DNA of 64,000 bases from Schizochytrium sp. TIO01 (GCA_004764695.1 SMSO01000037.1:4502747-4566746); one strand, 5' to 3'. Positions 1 through 12,066 are shown, numbered from the stretch's first letter. The notes: generated from the letters alone by a model not told the origin. Numbers and translations are program-made.

Positions 1-45
1 GATGAAGCATTGACGCTTGATCGTTCAACAATGTAATGAGCTTGT

Positions 46-118
46 GCTCGGATAGCTCAGTTGGTAGAGTGACAGTTTAGTAAGCTGTTGGTCCCGAGTT
101 CGACTCTCGGTTCGAGCA
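46..118 (+). tRNA. trnT-AGT: tRNA-Thr(AGT), copy 1
   Basis: Cloverleaf: acceptor GCTCGGA/TTCGAGC, D-arm GCTC-AGTTGGTA-GAGT, anticodon arm ACAGT-TTAGTAA-GCTGT, T-arm CCGAG-TTCGACT-CTCGG. No encoded CCA; T-run terminator downstream. Confidence 0.96.
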
Positions 119-216
119 TTCTTTTTTTTAGTCATTTTTCTTTCTTCTATTCGATTACACCTAATGTTTGGGAGAGCAATTGGTCCCGGTGCAACACAAC
201 AAAGTAATGAGCTTGT

Positions 217-289
217 GCTCGGATAGCTCAGTTGGTAGAGTGACAGTTTAGTAAGCTGTTGGTCCCGAGTTCGACTCTCGGTTCGAGCA
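217..289 (+). tRNA. trnT-AGT: tRNA-Thr(AGT), copy 2
   Basis: Identical 73-nt body, followed by a T8 Pol III terminator. Confidence 0.96.
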
Positions 290-770
290 ATTTTTTTTAA
301 TGGTTTGAGTGCGTATGCACTGTTTCTATTTACGTGTGCCTGAAGGTTTTTTAAAAATAAACTACTTGTTGATGTTTTTTAAAATTAAATTTTCCTTATT
401 TTCATAGGCTCACCTTTCTAAACATTGGTGTATCTCTCGTCAAATTTATTCCTCGTGAAAAGAAGCTGGAATAGTGTCAGCCACAATAGATAGAAACGGT
501 GATGGTGATGGAGTGGTTTGATTTTGTGAAAAGTTGGTTTAAAACAAAAGTCTTGTAGTACGAACAAACTCTTTTCTGCCCTGTACCAATGAAAGGAGAA
601 AAATATATGATATAAATACATAGCAACTCCTAACAAGATTCTGTGGCAGAAAGCCAATAATGGCCTAATATACAAATAGTATTAAGGACAGTTTTTCTCT
701 TGAAGAATATTCATAAAGTTCTAAGTGAACGTGTTTGAATAAGTGGCCCAAACCACATCAATGAGCTTGT

Positions 771-843
771 GCTCGGATAGCTCAGTTGGTAGAGTGACAG
801 TTTAGTAAGCTGTTGGTCCCGAGTTCGACTCTCGGTTCGAGCA
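771..843 (+). tRNA. trnT-AGT: tRNA-Thr(AGT), copy 3
   Basis: Identical 73-nt body, T-run downstream. Confidence 0.96.
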
Positions 844-1676
844 TACATTTTTTAAATAATTGCTTTTTTATATTAGATGAGGTTTTCACGGTTGTTATAC
901 AGAGAGTTGCAATCATAGCCAATCGATTACTGAAGCATCGTAATCTGCAAAGCATTAAGACAACTATGTTCAAAGTGTTTGTTCAAAGTATTTGCTCTGA
1001 TGTTTTATTTTTAGGCCACACCAAAGTAGGTATCCACGGTCTATTTATCGAAGTTTTGATTATAGGTACAAAGGCAAATTCTCTCGCGAGTTGAGGTAGC
1101 ACTTGCACGCACATTGAGAGTATAGTTTAACGTTGCAGAATTGGGCGACTTGATTTACATCATATTCGTATTTGCTTGAAAGTATCGTTAACTTGCCCAG
1201 GTATGGTAGGGCTTGTAGAGGTCTGACGCAGTGCAGTTGTAGATTGGGTTTGGGAAGGCGAGATAAAAACACAAGTTGTAAGGGCGACCTTTCTCAATTG
1301 AGCTATAGAACAGGGAGATAACATTGAAGAAGGAATGAAGAATAGAAGATAGGATTTCAATGAAGGAACGTTAGTCAAGCAAAACAATACAGGCTGTGGA
1401 AGTACCCAAATATGAGAGACAATCGTACGATTTAATTTCTTGTTTGAATAGCGATACCCCGGGTCAGCTGTTCATTCTTCAGCCTTAATACCTGAGGAAC
1501 CGTGGTCTATTAAAAAAAAATTAAACAATTTTTTTTTTTTTTTTTGTCTTATTTGGCTATTTGAATCTGGTTAGATTGGAAAACAGGTCCAACTAAAATA
1601 TTTTTCACTACATGTATATAAAGTACAGAAGCAAGGGCCTCAACAAAGTGGCCTACTCCACTTAAAATGAGCTTGC

Positions 1677-1749
1677 GCTCGGATAGCTCAGTTGGTAGAG
1701 TGACAGTTTAGTAAGCTGTTGGTCCCGAGTTCGACTCTCGGTTCGAGCA
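1677..1749 (+). tRNA. trnT-AGT: tRNA-Thr(AGT), copy 4
   Basis: Identical 73-nt body, T5 downstream. Confidence 0.96.
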
Positions 1750-1851
1750 TTGCTTTTTGTAAGCTAAAATTTATTGTTAAGTGTAAAATTGAATAAAATA
1801 AATAAATTTACCCATAGGCCGTTAGTCGTCAACATCAAGTAATGAGCTTGT

Positions 1852-1924
1852 GCTCGGATAGCTCAGTTGGTAGAGTGACAGTTTAGTAAGCTGTTGGTCC
1901 CGAGTTCGACTCTCGGTTCGAGCA
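1852..1924 (+). tRNA. trnT-AGT: tRNA-Thr(AGT), copy 5
   Basis: Identical 73-nt body, T-runs downstream. Confidence 0.96.
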
Positions 1925-2305
1925 TTATGTTTCAATCTTTTTTGTTTTTACCCCCTATTTTAATTTTACATAAATATAAACACGCAGCAAGTTTTGAGTG
2001 CTTCGAAGAAATAATAAAAAGATAGATGTACCTAGGTTTAGGTTGTGCAATCCATTCTTGTAGTTCATGACAAAAGTGCAAAATGTTTGGTTTGGATAGT
2101 TCGTGTTTTTTAAAAACATCGGTTTGTCAGCAATGAGATAAATCAAGGTAGCCGCATAGGATTGAAAGGGAGAAAGAAAACAGTACATTATTGAGGTTAC
2201 AATATATCAAAGGAAAGGAAAGTCGCGGAAGGCTTACTCAGGGCTTTGTTGATTGTATGAAATCAACCTTTTTTTATTTTTCAGGTCTACAAAATCGCTG
2301 GAGTT

Positions 2306-3715
2306 TTAGCAATTTGTGAGATTATAGTTCAAACATCGTGCATGATAAAGAAATGCTGTTTCAGGGGGGATGACCTCTAGATGAGGTACTTCCCTTTTCT
2401 GTGTCAAATGAGCAATGATAGAGACCCAGTGTACCTTCACGTCAGTGTAGGGAATTGTTGGCTTTACGAAGAGCTTAGTGAGGCCGGTTTTATAGCTCTC
2501 ACCAGCAACCTCACGGGCTTCCATGGACCGTTTGTTTTGAGGGCAAAATCCTTCGTCAGGACGGCCATCACTCAGGAGCGGACTCAGCATGAATATTTCA
2601 AAGGCTTCAATATTCTTTTTATCCATCTCTCCAAAGATGTTGGCTGTCAAGAACTCATCAACATCAATAAAGCCAACCCAGCTCGGATTAATTCGCTGAA
2701 CGCGATCAAGGCAATCCTTTCGGGTGAGAGATTGAAGAAACGCCTTCGTATTCCAAACTACCCATTGGGAGCGAATTCCATAGAGGTCCTCAAGAACAGT
2801 ACGCAAATCTACTATAACCAGGCTTCCTTCAGCAATATATGGATCAAGTAAGGGGCGATCAATCACAGTCGCAGATCCGACGTCGTACAGGATTGTGATT
2901 GGGATTCCTTGTATGATATTATTCTCCACATGAAAGGCAATGCTGGAAGCCAAAACTGTACTAAATAAGGCACGGCCACATACCACTGGCTGGTTTTCAA
3001 CTTCCATAGGGGGCGGAGAGGGTAGCTGTCCAATTAGAATAACTTGCTCTGAGTTATCCTCTAAGCCGTAGTCAAATTTGAGAGTCATGAGGTCGCTTGC
3101 GCGGACGTGAGAAGCTGGTTCTGGCAGCATACAACGTAAGTGAACCGTGCGAAGAGGATACCGTTCATACGCAAGGTTCGATTTGAATGCTTTGCGAAAT
3201 TCTTGAAAGACATTTTTCGTGCCACAATCCTGGTCCATAGGAACATTTTCTTCAGGGCCAAGAGTTACCATGACAGTGCCTTCGATGCACTTATCTGAGG
3301 TGTCACCAAATTGACATACTTGACAGTGGCGACCATTTGAGGCGCTCACATCACACCAACTGGCATCCTTACAATGCTCTGCCTCATATTCAAGTTGGTT
3401 TCGAGATACAACTATCGAGGTCGTAACTTCGGTGAGGTCTTGTGACCAAATTCCAATTTTGTCTTCACCAATAATCTCAGCTGCGCGTTGTTTGGGTGTT
3501 TTGATGGCGCTTTGGCTAGTCTTTGTTGGTGCAAGAGCTTTGCCTGGGGTGATCTCATAGCCCGACAGTTCAATCAATATCTTTTTGTTATATCTGGTCT
3601 TTGTGAGGAAGTAGTTGATGTCGATGGAGCTCATTAGATAGCCGAAGTGCCATCCTACAAGAAAGGTCGTCAGGATGAGAGCTACATATCGACCAGCAGA
3701 GCTCTCAACCATCAT
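2306..3715 (-). CDS. Type II membrane glycosyltransferase, GT92/DUF23-like
   Basis: N-terminal TM anchor (YVALILTTFLVGWHFGYL), 'VVCGRALF', 'KDCL..WVGFIDVDEFL' DxD motif and C-terminal VH...LYH as in GT92/DUF23 proteins. First ATG at 3715. Confidence 0.7.
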   Translation of the reverse strand: MMVESSAGRYVALILTTFLVGWHFGYLMSSIDINYFLTKTRYNKKILIELSGYEITPGKALAPTKTSQSAIKTPKQRAAEIIGEDKIGIWSQDLTEVTTSIVVSRNQLEYEAEHCKDASWCDVSASNGRHCQVCQFGDTSDKCIEGTVMVTLGPEENVPMDQDCGTKNVFQEFRKAFKSNLAYERYPLRTVHLRCMLPEPASHVRASDLMTLKFDYGLEDNSEQVILIGQLPSPPPMEVENQPVVCGRALFSTVLASSIAFHVENNIIQGIPITILYDVGSATVIDRPLLDPYIAEGSLVIVDLRTVLEDLYGIRSQWVVWNTKAFLQSLTRKDCLDRVQRINPSWVGFIDVDEFLTANIFGEMDKKNIEAFEIFMLSPLLSDGRPDEGFCPQNKRSMEAREVAGESYKTGLTKLFVKPTIPYTDVKVHWVSIIAHLTQKREVPHLEVIPPETAFLYHARCLNYNLTNC

Positions 3716-6700
3716 GTTTCTTGACAACAATCCTCCGCGATACTCAGGAAAGCAGATGTAGCGATGTTAATATTAAGGTTCCCTCCTTCGAAGTGCTCAC
3801 AATGCAACACAGGTTAGCAGTCACTGCTGTTTCGATCAGCAGCACTCGCTGCTGAGCCTGCTGTTAGCTTTGTTTGTTCAACCGAGCTGCTCCTACACGC
3901 AGAACGGACCGTTCCGGACCCTCAGCTTGTTTGTTCTTCTACAACAACGTGCGAGGCTGCCTTCACCAAGCAAAGCCTCGCAGGGCTCCACGTTAGAGTT
4001 CTGCTCGAGGTTGGAGCGACGTGAGGATGATTTCACAATACCACTTGCCTGAGCTTCCTTTCTCACGCCGACTCGGTGATGCAATTTGATGGAATTATTC
4101 GATGAATTTCAATTGTAGGAAACAACTCTGGCTGAATGTAATTCTCTCGCTACCAGTAGCACTAGTACCTGCCGCTTCCTTATTCATATAAAAAGAAAGG
4201 CAAAACCCAAGAGCCAAAAGCTTTTAACGGGACCCTAGGATAGCATAGGCTACAGTGAAATGGTCCTAAGCTTTTACGATAGGTTAGCACTAGGTCGTGA
4301 CTAGGGTGGTGCTTCAGAGGCGGCAGGAAGAAAAAGTGAAAATTAACAAAACAAAACAAAACAAAAACGTGATCGTTAAACAAGCTAGAAAACCAATGCA
4401 CCACTACTGGAACTGCCAGCTAACTAGCATTAGTGGAGTTCAAAAGAATGAAGTCGAAAGCAGGCACAGAGTCTTTTCTGGTCTGAATGTTAGTCAGCAA
4501 AAGCAACTTCCAAACAATCAAAGGTAAGAAGGGATAGTGGGTGTTCAGTTGTGGGGTAAGCCGAGTAGTGAAGTCTAAAAATGGTGAATAGTAGATGGTA
4601 TTAGCTAGTTGTCCGGCGCAAGAGGCCCGCGGGGGAAGATCTTGCTGCCGAGCTTCGAATATTTCAGGAATAGAGACATAGCATAGTACTGCAGTACAAT
4701 ATAAACGAACATTAATATTTTGATATTCATGATTTATTTCTTCAGAAAAAGTTTTTTTTCTTCTTTTTTTCAGGTCAACGTTTGGGAAATAAAAACGAAA
4801 CGAGTCTTTATGCTTTTAAGTCTTGAAGTAAAGTACAAAAATACGCAGCAGATGAGGTCCCAGGCTCGACATAACTTGGGTTGTGATAGATAGCTAATTG
4901 AATATGACCGTACGAAGAGTTGGGGTATACAATTGCATAAGCAACATACGGAATAGTTCTGACATGTTCCCTTCTACTCATTTCTCTAAAAATAAAACTA
5001 AAAATATTTTGCTTGTGGGCGTTGTATCTGAAGCTTTTGTTAAAGCTAATCGCTTCCACTGGTCACTCCCACTCTCCTAGCCACTCCCACTGGTCAGAGG
5101 TATTATCGTATTATCAACCTACCTACCTACCTTGGCTAATGGTGAGAGGCTAAAAGTGAGTTAGCAGTCAACAGACAGGAGAATAACTGGGGCGAGTTTG
5201 TCTCATGATTTCTTATTTGCTAAACCAGCCTGAAATGCTATTGATCTAAGTGAGATACATTACAGGGAGTAATTCATAGTTCTCTGTACCGGTTCAAGGA
5301 GTGCAAGGAGTGAAGTGATATGTTTAGCAAAACATTTGAAGGTTATTATTCTACTGGGTGCTGTAAGCTTCGTGAAATACTGCTGAAGTAAAATGTCGTA
5401 TAGCATGAGGTAGAAGTGAAATAGAACACCCCCTTTCGCACCTGAGACTACGAAATTCACAATTGTCTAGTAGGTTTTAGGTTTAATGGTGATGATGTTA
5501 AGAAGGAAAAAATAAGACGAACTGGTGTCCTTTTGCAGGTTGCCGAGTCAAAAAGAAACTGAGCAAGAAGTTTTCGCTGGTGAAACCATCTAATTGTACT
5601 GCGTTTTTATGGGCGATCTACCTATATTTTTATAAGGCAACATTCCTGTGGCATGCTTTGGCTTGAGAATAAACCTCACAACGTGCACACTCACATATTA
5701 AACACCGCCTAAATATAAGTTTGTTTATTGTAAAGTAACAGTAAACAAGTAGAAGCACGCATGTTACAACCACATAGTGATTACCTAGGTGTTCAAAATT
5801 ACAAAACACTAGAAAAGAGTGACTTGGAAAGTACATTTTTTTGCTTTCTTTTGCGAGCAGTCTACAAGGCTTTATAGGTTGTTTCGTTCGAAATTATCTT
5901 CGAACATGACTTGTTTGGACTGCTATCATGATAACACTAATTCAACCTATCTCAGCAGGTGCTATGATGGCTTTATTCTTCAGATAGACTGTTATTTGTC
6001 AGACCACCGAGTTGATGGTTAGCCAAGAAACGGAGCTTTAAATCATAGAGTTGTCAGGCCAGTGATGTTCAGGAATATGAAATATGTAATACGTTTCTAG
6101 CTGGAGGCATGTTCAAATTGGGGCGTCACGCAGGAGGTAGGATAAACTCATCTCACGATACTCTTAGATGTTAAAACTTGAAGAGGCAGAAATAAAAAGT
6201 ACGCGAGGGTTTGGAGCCCATAGCTTTCAAGTACTATAGATTTTCCCTCTTCTACACAATCGAAACTATAACAGGCTGGCCTTAAACGGAGGCCAGAGGA
6301 TATTTATAGCTTAATTTTACTTCCCGTCGAAATCTTTTGCTTTGTATTAATAATAATGGTGCGCTCATGGGCGCGTGCTATGCATGTGAAAACATGGTTA
6401 TTGATTATTTTCAAATGGTATGAATGGTCAGGAATGATAAAAATTATCAGTGTCTCCAAAGATACATACTCTCTGTGGTTTGAATGAACCTGAGAAGCTC
6501 CACACTTTCTTTGGGTTTAATGATTAGCCAAGTGCTATATTCAGGATGAACGAGTGGAACTGTGGCGCATTCAAGTCTTGCAGCCAGCGATTCTAGTATT
6601 TGTAAGAATTAAATTGAGCGACGGTACCACTACTTTGTCAAAATTCTTAGGCAAAGAATTTCAAGTTGTGACGATTGTTTACCTGTGCAGGGAAAAAGAA

Positions 6701-7642
6701 ATAGGCGCATCATCACGAAGTCTAAATTATGCTGGGTCGAAAAACATGTATTAACTAGCGAGAGATGCTTTGCTAGTTTAAAAATAACTTCACGACATAC
6801 CAAATATAGTAAAAATGGACAGAAGCATCCGTACAGCACTGGATGCTCAACAGTTGGACACTGTAGTTACATGAAGCAGGGACTAACTTAATAGGTCTCC
6901 TCTTATATTTGGCAATTTACCTTGAGCAGAAACAGCAAACCCAAAACTCAAGTGAAAAGAGAACAGTTCGTCGAGCCCACGAAAATTTCAATAGAAACAA
7001 CCCTATTGAAATATGGACATGACTGATTGCAGAAATGCTTTTCGAAAAAGGTCTTCAATGATCCCATGTTTGTACCCGAATGATCTTTTATGATGATCTA
7101 GTACAAGATTTCAAATGCGCCCCCCCCCAAAAAAAAGCCCAAGTATCTGTTACCTACCTCCTGCGCGAGAGGAATAGCTTATGCAACAATGTAGGTACTA
7201 CCAGCCGGCCAATTGATGATATTTTCAGATCATATACTTACTGGTTCTGGTACAACTCAGAAAATCTCAATATAGACCACTTGTTGGAGGGTACCTACCT
7301 ACTATTCCTATAGATCCTGAAAAAAAAAAGAAAGAAAAAACTGAAGAAAGTCCACCTTTCTCATCAAGTATGCCATCTACCTGCAAAAAGATGTCATTTT
7401 GAGATGAGAATTACTATGTTACTATGCCTTCATCTGCACCACATTGTCTCTCCCCTCTCCGTCCTTTTCCTTGGCTTTAAACTCAAGTTCGTAAATGCCA
7501 GTACCTGTGTATCTATGAGGCTCAATCGGAGACTACCTCTAGAGGAGCAGGTCTTGGCGAATGCGGCGAGATCTGAGGCGTAGACCTCCTCGTCAAAGAT
7601 ACTCCCATCGATCCCCGCACTTGAGCGAGTAGATAGGGATAC

Positions 7643-7670
7643 GGAACATATGGAACATATGGAACATATG
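7643..7670. repeat. 9-bp tandem repeat (GGAACATAT)x3
   Basis: Read directly. Confidence 0.85.
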
Positions 7671-8320
7671 AAAAATAGCGTATGATATGGAATTTATGGA
7701 GATATTATGGAGATATAAAAGATCAATGACTGTTGCCAGCCACACTCGATGTATTTTAGTGTGCTGGATTTGGCATGGTCAATTAGAATAATGTACAAGA
7801 TACATACATACGTACATACCTGCTAAGGAGGGCTGTGCTCTGCGCTACTGACTACTTACTGCGTACGTAGGAAGGAAGGGAGTCCTACTAACCGGTGTGC
7901 GCGTGTGTGACCCAAGAGGCCTAAAAAGAGGCCCAAAGCTGAATCCAAAAACGCACAAATGTGCAAATTTGGATCCCAGCTCTGCTGCCAAAAAGGCGGC
8001 ACCCGCGAAGATCCCTCTATTGCGCCATCAAAGGCGCTCGCTCTCGCTCGCTGCCTCGGCAGGCCGGCGGGAAGGCTGATAAGCAAGCTTGCAAGCAAGC
8101 AGGCAGGCAAGCAAGCAAGCTTGGCGAGCGAGCGAGCGAGCGAGTTTAACTATTCACTGAGGCTGGTTGAAGGTTTGTTCTTACTCCATAAAAGTTGTAC
8201 ATCATCATTCACACAGGAACAGCAACACAAAAAAGGAACAGACAGGTTACACAAAAACTTGGTCATCATGCGGAATCGATGGGTCGGCAAGGGCCCAAGC
8301 TGCCTGCCTGCGGCGAGGCG

Positions 8321-8360
8321 ATTGGATTGGATTGGATTGGATTGGATTGGATTGGATTGG
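8321..8360. repeat. (ATTGG)8 microsatellite
   Basis: Read directly; explains the 'LDWIG' pseudo-ORFs. Confidence 0.95.
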
Positions 8361-8806
8361 CTTTTGCCTGCCTGTCTTCTGCGCTCTCATCCATCGTTCA
8401 TGCCGAAGCTGCCGGCGGCGAAGCAGAGGTTCTTTATTGTTGTTGCTGTTGTTGTTGTTCACGGTTTTGCTCAGGCCCCGGCCTAACAACCCCTAGGGTT
8501 TCGCTTACGAGGCACCCGTTCTGTACGCGTAAACATCTCTCGATTTGTGATAGGAACAGGAACTAGGCGGATGGCCAGTAGGACCCGCTAGGCGCCGGAT
8601 AGGAACTAGGCCTGGCCGATTCTTGGCCTGCCGGTAGCGGCCGATTATGGTAAACGGTAGGGGTCGATTTGGGTCCCAGGAGGGTCGGGCTGAGAATAGA
8701 GAGGGCAACAAAAACTCAGACTTAGCAGAATTGATAGAAGATAGGAGGAGTAGCTAATTCGCGTAGGTGGGCGTAGGAGCGAGTAGGACTGGTGAGAGGG
8801 CACAGA

Positions 8807-8807
8807 A

Positions 8808-8846
<39 letters not shown>

Positions 8847-8876
8847 GAGTAAAGAAAGAAAGGGAAGAAAGAAGAA
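8807..8876. repeat. (AAAG)n microsatellite upstream of MCCC1
   Basis: Read directly. Confidence 0.9.
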
Positions 8877-9129
8877 GGCGTATCTATGGGATTAGTTAGA
8901 TACGAAGAGAAGAGAGGAGAAGAGAGGAAAGGAATTCAAATTTGAGAATCGCTCGAATTGAATTCAAATTTGGACAGTTGAGCTGATTCAAATCTGGAAT
9001 CAGCTCGCGCGGACTCGGGCTGAGTCGACGGTCGGGTCGCGCGGGAGGGTTGGCTGGAAGCTGGCGCCGAAGGACGCGGCGGCGGTGGGTTGGTTGCTCG
9101 TCGGTTGGCTGGTTGAGGAAGGGTTCAGG

Positions 9130-11400
9130 ATGATGCTGGGCATGCAGGCGACGGCGGTGCGGCTCGCGTCGCGGAGGACGACGGCGGCGGCGACGGCGTT
9201 GCTTTCGACGGCGGCGAAGGCGCAGGGAGCAAGGCAAGCTGGGCTTGAAGGCGCTGGCGAGATGCAGATGTTTGACAAAATTCTCGTGGCGAATCGAGGC
9301 GAGATCGCTTGCCGTGTTTTCAGGACTGCACGCAGACTTGGAGTGAGGACCGTAGCGGTCTACAGTGACGCGGACGCTGCCGCAGAACATGTGAAACAGG
9401 CTGACGAGGCGTACAGGCTTGGAGGACCCGCTGCGTCTGAGAGCTACTTGCTTGGAGACAAAATTTGTGAGATTGCCCTCGCATGCGGAGCCCAGGGAAT
9501 CCATCCCGGCTATGGGTTCCTGTCCGAAAACGCACAGTTTGCGCATAAGTGTGCCTCGAAGGGCTTGACGTTTATTGGGCCGCCTTCATCAGCAATCACA
9601 AGTATGGGTTCCAAATCCGAATCAAAGAACATCATGGAGGCCGCAGGCGTGCCGTGCACTCCGGGATATCACGGTGAGGACCAGGATTTAGCCACTCTTG
9701 TCGATGCTGCGAAACGGATCGGATTCCCGGTGATGTTGAAAGCTGTAATGGGAGGAGGAGGCAAGGGAATGCGTGTGGTGGAACGTGAGGAAGACCTTGC
9801 AGAAAACATCGAGGCATGCCAACGGGAGGCCCTGGCTTCCTTCGGAGACGAACGCATCCTGATTGAGAAGTTCCTGCGTAAGCCGCGGCACATTGAGCTC
9901 CAAGTCTTTGCAGACACTTTTGGAAATACTGTGCACCTTTTCGAGCGCGACTGCTCTGTTCAGCGCAGACACCAAAAGGTTCTCGAGGAGGCCCCGGCAC
10001 CCGGGATGCCGGTAGCTCTCCGTGAGAAGATGGGTGCTGCGGCTGTAGCGGCTGCAAAGGCTGTTGGCTATGTCGGCGCTGGCACAGTCGAGTTCATGGT
10101 CGATGCCGAACAGGAAATGAGCGTCGATTCACCCTTTTACTTTATGGAGATGAACACTCGTCTTCAGGTTGAACACCCTGTTTCTGAAATGATCACCGGC
10201 GTTGATCTCGTTGAGTGGCAGCTTCGCGTGGCTAGTGGCCAGCCTTTGCCCGTGAAAGACCAGTCGGAGATTAACCTCCGTGGACATGCTATTGAGGCCC
10301 GTGTTTATGCCGAAAGCCCTGGAACTGGGTTCCTTCCTGGTTCTGGCAAAATCCGCCATCTGCGCGAGCCCAAGCTCGAGACCTCCCACGGCGACTACCC
10401 CGATACCACTTATGTCAACAGTCTTCGCATTGAGACTGGAGTCAGTGAAGGTGATAACGTTTCGGTCTTCTATGATCCTATGATTAGTAAGGTTGTTGTG
10501 CACGGTGCCAACCGTCAGGCTGCACTTCGTCAGCTCGAGTCTGCCCTTAGCCAGTACCGTGTTGTTGGTGTGCCAACCAACATTGAGTTCCTCCTCTCTT
10601 GCCTTCGTCACGACGCATTCCAAGAGGGCGGTGTTGGCACTGACTTCATCGGAAAGTATCAAGACCAGCTTCTTGGCCAGGCCCCAAGCCTTCAGGCTGA
10701 TGCCAACGCGGCTGCTCTTGCGGTAATGTCGCGTGCACTCATGTCCGCGCAAAGCGCCTCACCTGTTGCTCTTCCCTACGGATTCCGTCTTTCCACTTCG
10801 ATGTTGCAGCGTGTCAAGCTCGACTTGATTACGGATGATGGTAGCGAAACTCGCCGCGTTAATGTCGCAGCCAAAACCCTAGCTTCTGACCCGCGACCTG
10901 ATGCAGCTCAAATTTCTTTTGAAGTACAAGTGACCCCGGAGACTGATGATGAGGATGCCACCGTGGAATCCACTACCGTGCATGTTACTGCTGATCCTCA
11001 TCAGTCCAAGCATGAAGTCATGCGCGTCACCGTCAATGGACGCCCTACTCTCATTGCACCTGTTATTGACACCAAAAACGGCGACCTTTGTCTTTTTGAT
11101 GCTTCCTACGGTCTTGGCGCGCTCCCTCGCCTTTTGTATCGTGTAGCCACTGTGCCCCAGGCTCAGAGTGCCCAGGCCGCTGGTCTCGGTGGCGCTATCA
11201 AGGCGCCTATGCCTGGTAAGATTATCAAGGTGCTTGTTGCCCCAGGTGATGAGGTCAAGAAGGACCAGACGTTGATTATCGCTGAGTCCATGAAGATGGA
11301 AACTCAACTGAAGGCGTCTATCGATGGTACTGTCCAGGAAGTCAACGTTTCAGCAGGGGACTTTGTCAACGATGGACAGGTTCTTTGTATTGTCGAGTGA
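9130..11400 (+). CDS. MCCC1: 3-methylcrotonyl-CoA carboxylase alpha (biotin carboxylase + biotin carrier), mitochondrial
   Basis: KILVANRGEIACRV, HPGYGFLSEN, GGGGKGMR, FERDCSVQRRHQKV, EMNTRLQVEHPV, YDPMISK; biotinyl domain ESMKM; Arg/Ala-rich transit peptide from ATG 9130. PCCA-type paralog not fully excluded. Confidence 0.88.
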   Translation: MMLGMQATAVRLASRRTTAAATALLSTAAKAQGARQAGLEGAGEMQMFDKILVANRGEIACRVFRTARRLGVRTVAVYSDADAAAEHVKQADEAYRLGGPAASESYLLGDKICEIALACGAQGIHPGYGFLSENAQFAHKCASKGLTFIGPPSSAITSMGSKSESKNIMEAAGVPCTPGYHGEDQDLATLVDAAKRIGFPVMLKAVMGGGGKGMRVVEREEDLAENIEACQREALASFGDERILIEKFLRKPRHIELQVFADTFGNTVHLFERDCSVQRRHQKVLEEAPAPGMPVALREKMGAAAVAAAKAVGYVGAGTVEFMVDAEQEMSVDSPFYFMEMNTRLQVEHPVSEMITGVDLVEWQLRVASGQPLPVKDQSEINLRGHAIEARVYAESPGTGFLPGSGKIRHLREPKLETSHGDYPDTTYVNSLRIETGVSEGDNVSVFYDPMISKVVVHGANRQAALRQLESALSQYRVVGVPTNIEFLLSCLRHDAFQEGGVGTDFIGKYQDQLLGQAPSLQADANAAALAVMSRALMSAQSASPVALPYGFRLSTSMLQRVKLDLITDDGSETRRVNVAAKTLASDPRPDAAQISFEVQVTPETDDEDATVESTTVHVTADPHQSKHEVMRVTVNGRPTLIAPVIDTKNGDLCLFDASYGLGALPRLLYRVATVPQAQSAQAAGLGGAIKAPMPGKIIKVLVAPGDEVKKDQTLIIAESMKMETQLKASIDGTVQEVNVSAGDFVNDGQVLCIVE

Positions 11401-12005
11401 TTTGTTTTCTTAAATATTTCCTCAAAGTCGATTAATTGTGCCCCTCTACTTCAAAGAAAAAACAAAAAGACCAATCATCCAGAAAGCAAACTAATAAAAT
11501 TAAAACGTTTATCTATCATTATAAAAGACTGATTCTTTCCATCGTTGTAATGATCCTACACCCACCAGCATACATAAACTGAAACTCCGAAGTGCAATAT
11601 GTTACTAAACAAAATGAAGTTTTTTAAAACTCATGTTTCTTGCTCTCAAGAAGTTTTAGCGATAGACTTTTGACTTATAAGAGTACTTAAGGATTGATTT
11701 AGTTCAAAAAGGCTGCTACTATGGTACCGCTTAGCTACCAACCTTCCGTTCCAGCTTCTCAATTTCCAGAGACTAAAAAAGAGAAAGGTTGGTAGGGCAT
11801 ATTTAAAGATTAAACAATTAAGCAGCAAGTTTTTAGCTCATGAAGAAAGCTTGCTAAGGCAAAGTATCGGAGTGTCCTGTTCAAAGGAAATTAAGCTTCA
11901 AGTGAAAGTAGAAGCTGAGTAGGCTCTTCAAAAATTCTGAGAGCTGCTTCGACCAAATAAAAATAGCTTGCAGAGCAGGTATGAACTTTAAAGAGAGAGC
12001 ACTTG

Positions 12006-12066
12006 CGCTCTCAAATAGAGCTCGCTCTCAATTCTAGAGCTCGCTCTCAATTCTAGAGCGCGCTAT
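12006..12066. repeat. ~19-bp tandem repeat CGCTCTCAATTCTAGAGCT x~3
   Basis: Read directly; each unit has an internal GCTCT/AGAGC inverted pair. Confidence 0.75.

Noticed and set aside
72-88. U31:G39 pair and U32 in the anticodon arm as a sign of a recoded tRNA
   Set aside because: Plant tRNA-Thr(AGT) genes have the same GT-TTAGTAA-GC arrangement as I recall; not anomalous.
46-1924. Repeat-spacer pattern resembling a CRISPR array
   Set aside because: Repeats are 73-nt tRNA genes with irregular spacing; no cas genes; eukaryotic context.
5500-7400. Possible decayed gene or transposon
   Set aside because: Many stops in all frames and no motif I could recognise.
7856-8711. Overlapping ORFs of 60-175 aa
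   Set aside because: Produced by GC-rich and microsatellite sequence (ATTGG, GCAA, GTT); no protein-like content.
8896-11307. Antisense ORFs within MCCC1 (likewise within VWA8, FSIP1-like and the 721-aa gene)
   Set aside because: Shadow ORFs of codon-biased real genes.
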